Source: Lenisia limosa
Lineage: Eukaryota; Protista; Breviatea
NCBI GenBank assembly: GCA_001655205.1
Contig: LPNZ01009306.1
Location: 11,902 to 75,901, forward strand
Direction of reading: 5' to 3'
DNA length: 64,000 nucleotides
The position numbers and the translations under genes are program-made. Below are positions 1 to 13,044 of this stretch, piece by piece. The notes beneath the pieces were generated by a model. It did no database searches and was not told the DNA's origin. It saw only the letters and a list, made by a program, of their open reading frames with translations. Each line of letters opens with the position of its first letter. The first letter of the stretch is position 1.

Positions 1-155
1 AGAATCTTCTCATAAATCTTTCCTCCTGTCGTTCCTCCTCCTATCATCCTCCAATTTCTTCCTTCAGGCCTTTTCCCTTTTCCTTTGAAAATCGGGGTCA
101 TCCTACACTTCTTCCATTCTTCAGGCATCTCTTCTTCTCCTGACATCATAAGAAT
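1..155 (-). mobile_element. Non-LTR retrotransposon (LINE) ORF2 reverse-transcriptase fragment, running off the window edge
   Basis: Minus-strand translation ILMMSGEEEMPEEWKKCRMTPIFKGKGKRPEGRNWRMIGGGTTGGKIYEKIL fits the LINE RT N-terminal pattern G..P..WK...I.PI.K.G....N.R.I......KI.EKIL. Confidence 0.75.
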
Positions 156-203
156 GGAAGAAGTGACAGGAGCCATTAGAAAGCTGAATAAAAGAAAAGT
201 AGC
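148..203 (+). mobile_element. Inverted LINE ORF2 fragment (pre-RT motif)
   Basis: Plus-strand IRMEEVTGAIRKLNKRKVA resembles the EEV..AI..L...KA.G motif that precedes the P..WK motif in LINE ORF2. Confidence 0.55.
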
Positions 204-483
204 CTGCCTAAAAACCCGACACAACAGAAGAACACAAGAGGACGAAGAAATGCCTGAAGAAAATCAAGAGGAGGATGATGACGAAAGTGAAGAGGAGGAG
301 GAAGAAGGAGAAGAAAGAGAGATCAATTCGAAAAAAACCGGTGGAATATCGATTGTTTTCGGGGATTTATCGAGAGAAATTCAGTCTTTTTTCAAACCAA
401 AGTGAAGCCCTAGGTATAACCAAGTTACACAGCACACAGCGTATTGATATTTTCAGAAATAAATATTGTTTGTCAAACTCTGA

Positions 484-1857
484 GTGACCCCCCCCCCCTC
501 TTTGTTCTCCATTTCTTCTCCGTACAGTTCCCTCATCATCTTCTTGAACACTTCATACGGCTTCATCTCTACCTTTTCATGGATCATCACATCCGGCCAC
601 TTCTTGTTCTCCTTTTCTTCCATGCTTCCTTCGGGTCTGCCTCCTCCTTGTCTTCTCCCAGCATATTCTTCTGTCTTCTTCTAATTCATCCTTTCTCCTT
701 CTTCTCATTTTGTTCAATAGGTCTAAGCACTCTTCCCTATTATCCTTGCTTCTTTCTCTTCCTTTCTTTTTCGTCCTTTCTCTCCTTTACCTCCTCCATT
801 CTGTTAGAAACTCCTTGTCTTCTTTCTTATTGGCCATTTTTCTTTCTTTCATCTTCTTCCTTGCTTCGGCCTTTCCTTCAGCTATCATGTCCTTTATTGT
901 CCTTTGATCCATTCCTCTTCTACACATGATGTGTTCTTTTCTTATTTCTCCTTCTCTCCTTCTCTCAGTCTTATGTCATCTCTTCTTTCTTTTTCGCACT
1001 TCTTTCTTACCTTCGCTTTTTCTTCCACATTTCCCTTTTCTGCTACTTCTTTGAGTATCTTCATTCTTTCTTCCTTTCTTCTTTGAATTGCTGCATCTCC
1101 CTTCTTCCATGCTTCTTCATTCTTCTCCATCCTTTTCTTTGCCTTCTTATATCTTTCTTTACAACCTTCCTCATCTTTTCTGACATCTTCTTCCTTCTCA
1201 TCCAGCTTTTGTATCAGTTCCTTAACTGACTCTTGCATTTCGTGGATCTTTCCTTCGAATTGTTCCTGGACCTCTTTCACATTTTCATTATCATTACCAT
1301 ACACGTCTTCCTTTATCTTCTCCATTTCTTTCTTCATCTCCTTCATCACTTGCCTTCCTCTTTCTTTCTCTATTATCAGCTCGGTTGGGTCTTTTCTTCT
1401 CCTCTCATCTACTTGCTTCTTCTCTTTTCTTATCTCTGCTTGATTCTCTGCATTTTTCTGTGTCTTCTTCTGTCTAGTGATGATTGACTCCATTTCTTTC
1501 ATTTCTTCCTTCATCTTCTCTCTTTCTTCTTGCAACATTGACACAATGGATCTTAATTCCCTTGATGCTTCCTCTTCTTCTGAATCTCCTCTGCATTTTT
1601 TCTCTTATTGTGTTTATCTCCCCTTTTACTTCATCATATACTTCCCTTTTTCTCTCATAAACTTCCTCATTATATTATCTTCTTTCTTCATTTTCATCAA
1701 CCTCTCTCTCTCCCTCTTCTTCTTCATCATCTCCTACTGTGTGCTTCCTCCTTCTCTTACCTTCTGGGGTTCTTTTCTCCTGTGATGACGGCGCTGTCTC
1801 GTTGGTCTTTTTTCCTATCGTGAGGTTGAGTCGGGTGGTCGTCCTTGTCGCCACCAT
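484..1857 (-). pseudogene. Decayed intronless Glu/Lys-rich coiled-coil ORF, possibly LINE ORF1-like
   Basis: GA-rich coding strand reads MVATRTTTRL...EEREKMKEEMKEMES...KWPDVMIHEKVEMKPYEVFKKMMREL. It has in-frame TAA stops (1675-1677, 942-944) and frameshifts, no introns, and lies near the RT fragment. Confidence 0.5.
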
Positions 1858-2545
1858 TATGACAAGACAATTTATTACAAGGCAAAAGAGTCACTTGAAT
1901 GCTTGAATGCTTACTAGAAGGAAGGGGAAGAGGATGAGGGAACGTCGAAATACCAACACTATACATACACAACTGGAAAGAGGAACAATCTGATCAGTGC
2001 AGTCCTGCATCAAAAATTCGCCAAACAATTTATATTTATAGGTAGGGATGACACCAATCAGTGACTTCATCAAGCTTCTATATCACATATTCCTGTGTTG
2101 CTATAAACGGTTTTTCTTTATTTTTTACCAAATAAATAGATTCAACCACAGGAACCGGACAATAAAGCACAGACCTTCACTTACCATTTCGGATGGTTTT
2201 TCAGATTTCCAAATTTTGTAAACACATTTGCCTTATGGTGGGGGAGGTGGCAAAATTTCTTCAATACACTAATAAAGTTTTAAAGCAACAGTTTTATGAC
2301 TGATACGGTTGTTTTGAGGGAAAAGAACACAATCAGACTTGCCTTTTACAGCACACGGCTCAGTCCTCCCTTTTTATTGGGAAATCCAGCTTTTTAGTGA
2401 CTGTTTAAATATATATATTACCTAGTGTTACGTTATCAAAGCAGTTTCCTGCTAATTAACTTTTATTGTAGTTGAATTTATCCCCAACTCGTCCCCATCC
2501 AGCTTTCCTACTCCCCTTTCCCACTTAAAGCCTTTCTAACAAGGC

Positions 2546-4739
2546 ATGAGTGAATCCCCCGCCTTTGAAGAAGGATCCCTATGGATCCTGGGCGCTGTCA
2601 TTGCTTTCATTGGAAATGTGATTATCAATCTTGGAACGAATTTAATGAAGCTTGCGCACATTAAAGTAGCTTCAATGAATCGGCCTATCCCTGCAACACG
2701 TCATCCGTTATGGATTGGAGGTTAGTTGGATATATTTGCAGTGTGTTCTTTGTTTCCAAAAAATGGTTGTCCAAATTCGGAATTTCGGCTGGTTACCACT
2801 ATAAATGCATATTCAACTGGTTGATAGGAAGATGGCGATAGAATTTAGGGTGTAATTTGAAGATATTTGAGAATATATTTGCTTCATAAGTTTTATACAA
2901 AAGACTTTATTTTCATTATTTTTCGTGTTTCCAAAATTGTACCTGTCACATGACAGATGGGTATTAGGATGGTTCTTCTGTAATACATCGCAGGTCTCAC
3001 TCTCTTCGCGATTGGCAACGTTGGAAACTTTATAGCTCTCAGTTTAGCAGCCCAAAGTCTCCTAGCAGCAATGGGTTCAATTCAGTTTGTCAGGTGCGTG
3101 GGTACCATCGTACCATGGGTCAATGTCAAAATTTTCAAGGATTGTTTTTGGCATCCTCCCCCTTCTTTTCCCGTTTTCTCGCTTTTATTATTTTTTCTTC
3201 TTTATGTAGCAAATAAAAATTTCAATATTTTTCATTGATATTCCATTATTTTGTCATGATAAATACATTCGCGTTTTCTGCTTTTGTCACTGTTCAGTAA
3301 TGCGATATTCGGACATCTTCTCCTTGGTGAGACCATTTCATGGAAAGGCATCTATGCCACCATCAGCATTATCATCGCCAATGTCTTTCTCATTTTCTTC
3401 TCTCCCCACAGCACAAAAGGTTTGCTGTCAGATTATTTTCCAACAATTTTATTTCAACATTACATCTTTATTGACTGATTAGAATACACCGCGGATCAAC
3501 TTGTTGAGCTGTACTATGAGACGCCTTACATTGTTTTCCTTGCTATTGAAGCTGTTGTTGGCCTCTCTGTGTTACTCTTCTACTATTTCAACTTCTCGTC
3601 TATCCCTCTTTCGAGGTGAGTCTCGTGACACGCATGACATATGTTGCGACTTCCAAAATGTAATTGCTTATAGTTTTAGGTCATCTTCGGCTCAGTTGAA
3701 GGAGGCTTCCTGGAGAAGCAAGTTACTTCCTCTTTGCTACGCGTTGCTCTCGGCTATTGTTGGAACTCACTCTGTCATGTTTGCCAAGTCAATGTGCGCG
3801 GCTTGATTATTGCTGTGTACTTTTACTAAAATTGTGGCCTTAATGACAACTGTAGTTCATCGCTCCTGCGTGTAACTTCTGATGGTGACAACCAGTTTAC
3901 CGAAGAGTACACTTACATCGTCATCGTCGTCTGGGCAATGACAATGTTTTTTTGGGTAGGCTGGGAAAAATATTCCGCTTTGGCTTGGATGCTACATGGG
4001 CTTTTATTTTTCCTTTTGTCAGTTACTGACTGTGTAGATGAGACGGCTGAACATTGGGCTGGCTCGATTCGAAGCCGTCGTCATTGTTCCGATTCTTCAG
4101 ATTGTCTGGGTCACTCTTTCTGTTGTTGAAGGTGAGTGTCGTCTAATTGTTGCTGCTAAAAGTTAAGTTGAGAGTCTGACATTTCAGGAACCATTTACTT
4201 TGAAGAGTATCTCCAAATGCGCACTATTGACTACCTTGGATTTTCCATTGCGTTCTTGGTAATGATTGTCAGCATGTACTTCCTGGCACCTGAGAAGAAA
4301 AGTGAGTGGTTCTTCAAAATCCAAACATTTCCCTCACGCACTCTAACCATCCAGAAGAACGGCCTGATGCTTTCGACGACATTGAGCCGCACGGCATCAC
4401 TCTGGGTGAGCCCACCACACCCATCCCACAGACCGTCCCCGCTGTTGGACAGCTGGTCCCGACAATCTTCAATCACAGTCCATCTCCTGCTATCGACTTG
4501 GAAGCCGGAAACAACCACACAAAAAGTAAGCTAGTCACGCCATCCTGTTCCTCCCAAGAGCGCCCTCTAACTGAATAGTGCCGCCGCCGCCGCTGCCATA
4601 CCCCTCGCAGCTCTATGAACTTCCGGAGTCTCTGACCACTATCGGCGAGAAGGTGCCTCGGAGCCTGTCAATGGGGGAACTCAGCTCGTCATCCTGCAGC
4701 AGTGTTGGGAGTGACACCAATCTCTTGAAGAAGTCATAG
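2546..4739 (+). CDS. NIPA-family magnesium transporter (multi-exon)
   Basis: Spliced protein: MSESPAFEEGSLWILGAVIAFIGNVIINLGTNLMKLAH...GNVGNFIALSLAAQSLLAAMGSIQFVSNAIFGHLLLGE...HSVMFAKS...RFEAVVIVPILQ. All introns are GT-AG. Confidence 0.85.
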
Positions 4740-4931
4740 AACCTGCCTCTTGACCCAATTCTACGGCTGAATGCTAAGCCGATGCACGTCCTAACCTGTG
4801 GATGGCTTGTTTTTGGAGTGCAAACTGTTTCTGCTATGTTGTGATAGCTATTTCTTCTGTATCATTTATCAATGTAATCTTACCGTGTTATTTTGTGAGG
4901 ATCCTGTGGAAGATAGAAGAAACATATTAAA

Positions 4932-7900
4932 TTAAGAAACAAGATTATAAGGCTCCTCAAGGAAGTTACGCTGAGTAATTGGGCAGATCGACTTTTCTTT
5001 GAAGCAACTGAAATGAACAACCTGACCACTACAAACGTTAAGAAACACGCACAAGGACAAGGCCTACTTGGGGAATCGTGCAATGACCATATCACCAAGA
5101 CGCTTGCCACAATGCGCACAAGTCCTCGCACTGTCAACATAGGTGCCAGCACTTCGCGCTGCGTGGTACTGTTCACTCACCTGAGTCGTCAAAAAAAAAT
5201 ACAAGACTAAAGATAGCTGTGTTACACATGAGGATTATTAGACTAAAGATAGCTGTGTTACACAGTCCGCAAACCATTCGGTGTTCAGCTCGAGCTAGCG
5301 ATGCCAGCACTGAGCCTTCTCTTTGGCGGAATAGTGTATCGGAAATACTCTAAATCATAAGGGGGGTACAACGCAATGTGCCCACCTTTTGAAGGAATCC
5401 TTTGATGGAAGATATAGACCAATCTTGTGGTAACCATTGCATGACCTACACAATGAGAGACGAACTAACACAACCTGTACAAACCTTGTCAACATCCATG
5501 TCAGTTCCATATGTTTCGAGGAGCCAATGGATGCGGTCATCAGGCCGGCCGTCGGGAGAGTGAAGCAATGTGTCCAAGAGAGCAAGCAAGCGGATGGACT
5601 GTTTGTTACACTGCCGACTTGCAAAAAACTCAACGATCGAAATGTATACAATAGGAGGAACCATATACGAGCATGTACGAGCTTATGATATCATGATGCT
5701 TACTTTGGTGTTTGGAAGAGCGGGGTCAATTTCGCCAGCAACACGACGGTGGTTGGTGCAGTAAACCTCAGCCAGTTGTGGATCATCCAGCTTGTGTACG
5801 ATCACACTGCAAGGTCAGATACATGTAAGGAGCTAAACTGCAGTTGGAATAAAAAGGTTTCCTTGTATTTTCGGATAACTCACGTGAGAGCATTTCCATG
5901 GTGACCAGCCTTGGCTTCGGCAACCGCCCATTCCTCCATCAGAACAGATTCTCGGAGGCGAGATAGCACTGCGTTCACATCATAGTCACGTGACACTCGG
6001 AGGAATGACAGCAGCTTAGAAGTTAACCGGTAAATACTTGAGTTCGTCAACAGAATATCTTGGATTATGATGAACATTGTCGAAAAATTAACTCATATTG
6101 TAAAAGAAACGAAACAATATCGTTTTGCCAGTAGCCAAATTGGCTGCATACTTTCTTCCTGACTTCACCCAAGATTCCAGCCTCCTCTCCAGCCTGGGCT
6201 CTGTTCGGGCCTGTTTGACGGTTCGGATTTTCCTTCACATCCATTGGCTGTGAAGGTAACAAAAGCGTCCAAATTTACAGCGAGAGCTACCACAGGTCTG
6301 CGTTAAAAATGTCCACAGAGTGCAGAGACAAAGGTACATCCATTCCAACCTTGAGAGTGAGAGCAGTGTCCAGATAGTGCATCGCCAGCTGGGTGTGGAG
6401 GATAGGGTCTCGAACTCCACCCATTCTAACAACTACCCATTCAAGATACTCAATTTCAGCTGAACGGCTCCCAACACGATGAAGGAACTGACAAAAGGTG
6501 AAAGCGTTTTACAACACCATTGTTACTGTATTTTACATAACTATACTCGCACTGGCAACAGACAATAGCACCAACGCCTCTCACATCAAGGGCCTTGTTG
6601 TGGTCAAGAGGAGTCGTCCGCTCAGTGAAGATAGTGAGCGCCTTCTGAGGCTGCGGACCGAACACCCATCCTCTGTGTTGTTATACCATACGTTGAGTAT
6701 CTGTTCCAAGTCGTGAACATCATGATGCAAGGGGTATAATACACTGTATTAGGACACTACAAATTATTGAGAAATTAATGTGGAAAATTAAAGTTGCCAC
6801 TTTTATTCAAATTATGTCAATTTCTTCAAAAAAAAAATAATACACAAACCAAATTTGTATCAGTTCAAGAGATAAAAACAAAAAACGAATATTTCAATAA
6901 TAAAAAGCCAATCGAGTATGCGAGTACATCATCTCTTTATTAGGAACTTATTCTGCCACTAAATTATGTTTAGATTGGTTGCACGAGAAAGTCAGCAAAA
7001 GACCTACGCGAAAGCGAGGACAAGGTCAATTTGAGGAGTGGTCTTGAGGAAGGCAATGGTCTCTTCTGATCCATCACAAACATGGCCGCCAACTGTTGGT
7101 CCCTTATCCTTCAACTGTGGAGGGTAAGAATAATAATCGGTTTACGCATAGCATCGCATGAGAAAAGAAGGATATATGCTATCATATAGTATATTTGAAG
7201 GTGCTGATACCTCAGTGTGGTCAATTATATCACAAACCTGGCCCTGGCCCAATTTGCGCCAGATTTCCAATGCTGGACGTGGTCGCCCTGCAGACTGAAA
7301 CGTCAGATTCGTGTAGACGGAAATGCAAGGCACAAGGGAAGTTGAAGTGAGTAAGGTTACAGCCCCTCAAACCAAAAGCAGAAGTGCGTAAGCATTATGC
7401 CGCTCCATGTCAATAAGAAGCTCCTTGAGATCCTCAACATCGACTCGAGGGGGCTGTAATGTTAAATCAACACAAAGCAGAAGAGTATTTGTTTGGACCT
7501 ACCGCATTTCCCTCTTGAAGCGCATTGAGTAAATGGTCCAATTGGGGTGATCTAAGATGGCAATAGGCTTTTGCAAGAGCAGTGTCGATGGCATGGCCTT
7601 CGTCATATTCAACCTGTTGAATGAGATTTTACAAATCAAATCAACGTTATAGCGACCGCTGTTTGTAGTTATCATGAAACGAAAACTAAAAGCCAGAAAT
7701 GATCAAGGCACAAACCTTGGATCGACGGTCTTCAAGGTAGACCACTAAATGCCTAGACCAGTGAATATTGCCAACTTCATTCTCAACAAAAGTTGTATGC
7801 TTTAAAAATAAATTTATCACTCCAAACAGAACACAAACTTCAAAACTAATTTGGATAAGCACCCACTCTAAAGCTGAGGTCAGTTCTCGAGATGCCATTT

Positions 7901-10219
7901 TGGAGTTTGGGTGCTTCAATGCTATCATATCACTGATTGTCTAAATCGAAGGTAAGAAGTATAAATCTCACAATAAAAGGCACGAAGCTTACGGAGTCTA
8001 GGGGATTGGAAGGCTCAAAGGTGGAAAGGGAGGGGAGGAACCCTGGAAACATGGAAATAAGTTCGCGCGCGTCCATTGAGGTGCCCGCTACAATCCGTAA
8101 GTACACTCTTTTGTTGTCATTTGTTTTATCTACCAGAACAGTTATTTAGTGTCACTCGACCTTATTGACCTCCCTCACCTCTGCAGAAGAGCGGAATCGC
8201 CCTGTCAAAAGCTAAATCGGACCAAAGAGCATAGCCGGCTGATGCGCAAAGTTCAGCCTCTCCTTGAGCCTGGTCCATCAATAAGAAGGGGACGGATGAT
8301 AGCCATCACATACATAATTGGGATCTCGGCTGTGGGTTGCTTTGTAAAGGTCAAACGCTTCGGCAATTTGTTTGCGGTTAATCAGCTCGTTCAACTTGAG
8401 AGTTAAAAAAGAAGCAAAATTTTGCTCTTTCCTCCATGATACAGACCTGAACAGCCACTGCTACTGGTTCCAGGACGGAAATGCCATTTGCCTGCGAGAC
8501 AAAGACATTGGCTGCGGAATCGTTCCCAGTCTGACTGTATACGCGTGACTGGGCAAGAGAAACTCCCTAAATAGTGAGCCGCTTCGTAGACTTTTCACGC
8601 AGTGACATTCTTGATAGAACCAGTTGTTTACCTTGGCAAAACGGATTCTCTGAACTATCTTATGTTCGACTTCACTGTAAACTTCGATACTACTTTGGTG
8701 CAGAGCCACGGCGTGGGGATAGGTGTAGCCTGGAAGGGTGACCTCATTACAAACACCAAACTATGCTGTAACAAGAGTCATATCGCCACCCTCACTAATT
8801 GAAAGCGGATGTGAGGACCACGTGATCGGTTTTGACGTGTCCTTAGTACCTACATGATCCACAAATCGACACACTGGTTCCTGTGGATAGTTAATACCGT
8901 ATTCGCACAAAAGCAGGAGCTCAGACACAAGACTTACATGAGTCATTTTGACAAGGAATGCGGCTTTTTGACCGGGACGGACAATGACGTTGGTCATGGG
9001 TCGACCTCCCTTTTTATCATATTTCTCGTTGGTGCAAATGTCTGAAAAGGTAAGAAAAATAGAAGGATTTACACCAATACACCAAACAAACAAAAAAATA
9101 ACAGTTGTAAATAGGGTAGCCGTCAAATATATATTAGATAAGTTTTCCCGTGGAAGGAGTCTCGCCAGAGACCACTCGAATATATCATCATATACATAAT
9201 GGGTTATGGGTAAGGGGGTACAATATATATGATATGATATAATATATCCTAGCTATATCATATCATATAATATATATATGATACTATTTATTTATCGATA
9301 TATATATATGAATATATACTACATACATATTCCTTTTGTTAGTTGCTGAAATCCAAGATTTGATAAAATATCCTCTTCTGGTTGATTCATATGAGGAAGC
9401 CACCAATTAGTAATATTTTTTTGGTCTTTTTTGTTTTTTTAAACAGTTTTTTTTATATTAGACGACCTATTATATATCGATATACGTACTCACCAGTGAT
9501 TGCCCCGGAGCTGGGGTCAAGAAGATTGTACTCTCTTTTGAAAGCTAAACAAAGAGCCTGTCCACACCATGATGCGTCGAGACAGGTATCAGGAATCACA
9601 AACTCCTTCAGAAGTGAGAATCCAGAAAGAAAGAAAAAAGAAGCAACATACCTTCACCGTCTTGAGTCCTTGCTTAGCAGTGGCCAAAATGAGCTTCTTC
9701 TTTTGTGTGATCAAGAAATGAGACGACCCATGCGCACGATCTGGAGCAAGCATGTTACAACCCTTCAGCTGGGCGCCTCCAGAAGGCTCTTCAAGAGAGA
9801 TGGCATTGAGAAGACGAACAACTCCATCTGAAGCAATCAGCTTAATTGACAAGGGCTTACCTGCCAAAGTGGCCACTGAGTTTCTTGTCAGAATACATAC
9901 GGAATCGATTTTCTTGGAAGAGACCTGCTTCTGCTTTTCAAGCCTGGTTCGATACTTGGTCTGAATGTCAAATCAAAGAGGGAAACAAGGAACAAACCTG
10001 GTGGTCATCCGTTTCAACTTTTTGATAAGAATAGTGCAATAAATAGCCTTCAGCAGTTCCAAGATAGAGATGTCCAGCTTAAAGAATGAAAAATGAAACG
10101 TAGAATCCTTAATTGTCTTGTCCTATAAGATTAAACATACCAATAACGTCTAAACACTCGACTTTCTTATCCAGATTCTCCAAAACTGGGATCAAGTCAA
10201 ACGTTCCTCGTTGGGTCAT
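4932..10219 (-). CDS. VPS39: VPS39/TGFBRAP1 (Vam6/Vps3) family HOPS/CORVET subunit
   Basis: N-terminus MTQRGTFDLIPVLENLDKKVECLDVIAGHLYLGTAEG (CNH domain); VMQWLPQDWSISSIKGFLQK; C-terminal Vps39_2-type zinc ribbon YVDSARTCAHCGKRLGDMVIARFPNGQVVHFSC. Vps39 and TGFBRAP1 cannot be told apart by eye. Confidence 0.85.
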
Positions 10220-11117
10220 CCTTTTTACTGCCTTGCAAAAGCTTTAAATATTCACAAAACACTCTATTTTACCCATTCATGATGACTTTTTCGCTGGATT
10301 TTGTGGGTAGGTTTCCAGGCACTCCCTTTAAAGTTGGACCAGTGTTTTTATATCAGATAGGTTGGCGGGGGGAAAACTCAAAAACGCAAAAACCTTGTCT
10401 ACACTTCGACACTTCAACTAGTTCAACAGGTTGGGGGGGGGGGTGAAGTACTCCTCCCTCCTCCAGTCCTTGGTAAATTGGTAAAAAAAATAATGGTTCA
10501 CAGTTCACATTCACATTCACCACCACAACCACAAAGTGTTCAAAATCAAAACGCACAAACTATTGTCTTGAGATTCTCTTGTTGCTTCTTTCTGGTAGTG
10601 TGCAAGTGTAGGGACTTGTTTCTTGTTTACCCTAACGGATGATGGATAAGCGTCTTGCAGTCTTCTTGTTTTTTTTAAAAAAAAAACTGTAAAACTGTGT
10701 CCATTTGTCATTATTACTTCAAACCAACTAAACAACAACAAAAAAAAACAATCCCCAAAAATACCCTTGGGAAATANNNNNNNNNNNNNNNNNNNNNNNN
10801 NNNNNNNNNNNNNNNNNNNNNNNNNNNNNNNNNNNNNNNNNNNNNNNNNNNNNNNNNNNNNNNNNNNNNNNNNNNNNNNNNNNNNNNNNNNNNCCAACCA
10901 GTGGCAATTAAACGAGCTAATTGTAATTGAATTGTAAAGCTCACTAGGTGGCATGGAACCAACATTGCGTATCATTTTTGTAAAATCCACAAGTTTCCAA
11001 CTTGGATGAAATGCACAAAAGAATGGAAGAAATGCATTGGCTAAGATCAGCCTGAAAATGAAAGTGCGAAAAGGGCACCTTTGCCCCAAAAAAAAAAAGA
11101 AGCCAAACACCATATCA

Positions 11118-12871
11118 CTACTCAGCAACTTTCCAACCATCGTCTACTTCCTTTTGGGAGAGAACCTGCTGTATTAAAAAAAATGTAATTCTCCAGAACA
11201 AGCAATGAATGCTACAATTATCCATCAAACAAACCGGAGCAACAATTTCGTCACTATGCTGTTTTAAGGCAACCTTCTTCAAATCCTCTTGGAATTGGTC
11301 TCTTAAGTTAGACAGTTCTACAAAGTCATCAACAATACCGAGTACTTCGAAAAAAACTACCATTATCAATCCCCTCAAACGGCTGTCCTCCTTTTGGTTG
11401 ACCTGGAATTTGTAGAAGTCGTCAAGATACATGGGGGTGCGTTTCTTCTTCTTCCATCCAAAGCGCTTGGCTCTCTTTTCTTTGTAATCTTCTAAGGTGA
11501 AGGACTTCTAAAATTGATCAGCACAACTAAATAGAAATCTTAGAGGTTATGCGAAAAAAAACTTTGTCCTGTAAACTTTATGCTGTAAACCGTGTGCAAG
11601 TTTCTTTTGGAAAGTTTTCTGCTGGTATTGGAGTTTAGGTTATGCGGATTGTTTCCCCAACTCTGGACCATTTATACACATAATGTTGTTTCTGGATACA
11701 AGATGAAAATTAATTTTCCGCAAATAAAGACTTGTAAGAAGAGGAGAATAGATATTTTGACAGAGGAAGAACACTTGGAGATGCGGATGTCTTTTCTAAA
11801 TCCCCTTATTGTTTCTTCAACCAGGCATTATTTTGCATGGTTTTTCTAAATTTTTCGTGTGGTCATTTNNNNNNNNNNNNNNNNNNNNNNNNNNNNNNNN
11901 NNNNNNNNNNNNNNNNNNNNNNNNNNNNNNNNNNNNNNNNNNNNNNNNNNNNNNNNNNNNNNNNNATGACATTGTGATTAAAAAAATACTCGAAAAATAA
12001 AAATATAAAAAAAGGGGGCAAGGCCATTTTCAACCAAGCGAACCTTCTTTTTCTTCGCCTCGGCTTGGCTGATTAAACTGTCAATGGCTTCGACATCAGC
12101 TTGGTTTGCTGACACACCTGATGAGTCAATAAAGCCATCTCAAGACTAATACAGTCAAGAAATCCTTGATAGGGAAAGCATCTTACGAACCAAATAGCAC
12201 CCACCCTTGAAAAAACACAATAATTCGTTTCAGGCAATTTCTGAATAACAATAATATTTTTGTATAGCAGTTTAATAATATGCACCCCTGTATGTCCCGG
12301 CTTAGTTTTTCTCCCCAAACTTTCCGACACCGGTCCATCTGTTGGCTTTCTCTTCAGTCGGGCAATCTTGTCTAAAGAGGGTGATGTCACAAGAGGGTGT
12401 GCCTACTCTCTGAGCCAAGATATCTGTCCTTCAAAAGGATAGCATGATTCTGAGCCTTTCCGGTCTTTGCAACATCGATAAGCTGGAACACATCTTGGGA
12501 AGACCTATAAATGACACGGGCATAGCCATTAGCTCCAGTGGTTCCCGCACGCGCCGTCAGTGTTGAGAATGACCCAACTTCAGCGCTGACCACCTGAGTA
12601 TGTTACTACTCCCTTTATCGAAGAATTGTTCATTTTGACAGCCACAATGTAACTGATCTAAACCCCGCTTCCCTCCCCCCACTGATCCAAACTGAGAAAA
12701 GAAGCTCTTCACTCCATTTTCTGGAGTGTAGGGGGGGCAATTGGTAACGAAAAGAGCGCAAAGTGGCGTTCCAGAATCGTTTTTCTTCTTCAAAACCTTT
12801 GATTTGATGTAGAGATAGCGATGAAATGGGGAGTTTGGAGTTGTGAGAGCAAGCTCGATGCTGTCCTCCAT
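11118..12871 (-). CDS. RRP7: Ribosomal RNA-processing protein 7 (an N gap interrupts the model)
   Basis: N-terminal HRYLYIK...ALFVTNCPPYTPENGVKSFFSQFG (RRM-like); C-terminal KKKKRTPMYLDDFYKFQVNQKEDSQLSNLRDQFQEDLKK matches the RRP7 domain. Confidence 0.8.
11541..11812. mobile_element. MITE family A, copy 1 (left TIR plus internal part), in an RRP7 intron
   Basis: Shares co-linear blocks with 39671-39923 (TAGAGGTTATGCGAAAAAA, AATAAAGACTT, AGAAGAGGAGA, TAGATATTTTGA, TTCTAAATCCCCTTATTGT). The right end is not seen and may lie in the N gap. Confidence 0.7.
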
Positions 12872-13044
12872 GTTTAGATAAATTTAATATTTATATTTCT
12901 GCAATTTACTAAGGTATATGGGCTAGAAAAAGGGAAAAAAACTTGGAGGGACAATTTCCTCATAATACTATTCCGGCGGCGAGTTATGTCAGTGGAGTTT
13001 TTAATATATTTTTTTCAGCCTTTTTGTGCGCTGATTACGAGTAA

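Noticed and set aside
942-1677. In-frame TAA codons as evidence of a reassigned genetic code
   Set aside because: RPS11 and RPL29 end in TAA, and other genes end in TAG or TGA. No conserved gene needs stop readthrough, and this region also has frameshifts, so it is a pseudogene.
444-1823. Plus-strand Phe/Leu/Ser-rich ORFs in the ORF track
   Set aside because: Antisense shadows of the GA-rich minus-strand coiled-coil pseudogene.
10493-11060. Possible small plus-strand gene (MVHSSHSHSPPQPQSVQNQNAQ...)
   Set aside because: Split by an N gap; no coherent spliced model or motif could be built.
11118-11165. RRP7 exon VLSQKEVDDGWKVAE as a scrambled exon (DGW motif normally lies before the Lys-rich block)
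   Set aside because: It fits equally well as the true C-terminus after EDLKK, and the normal DGW exon may be in the 11869-11965 gap.
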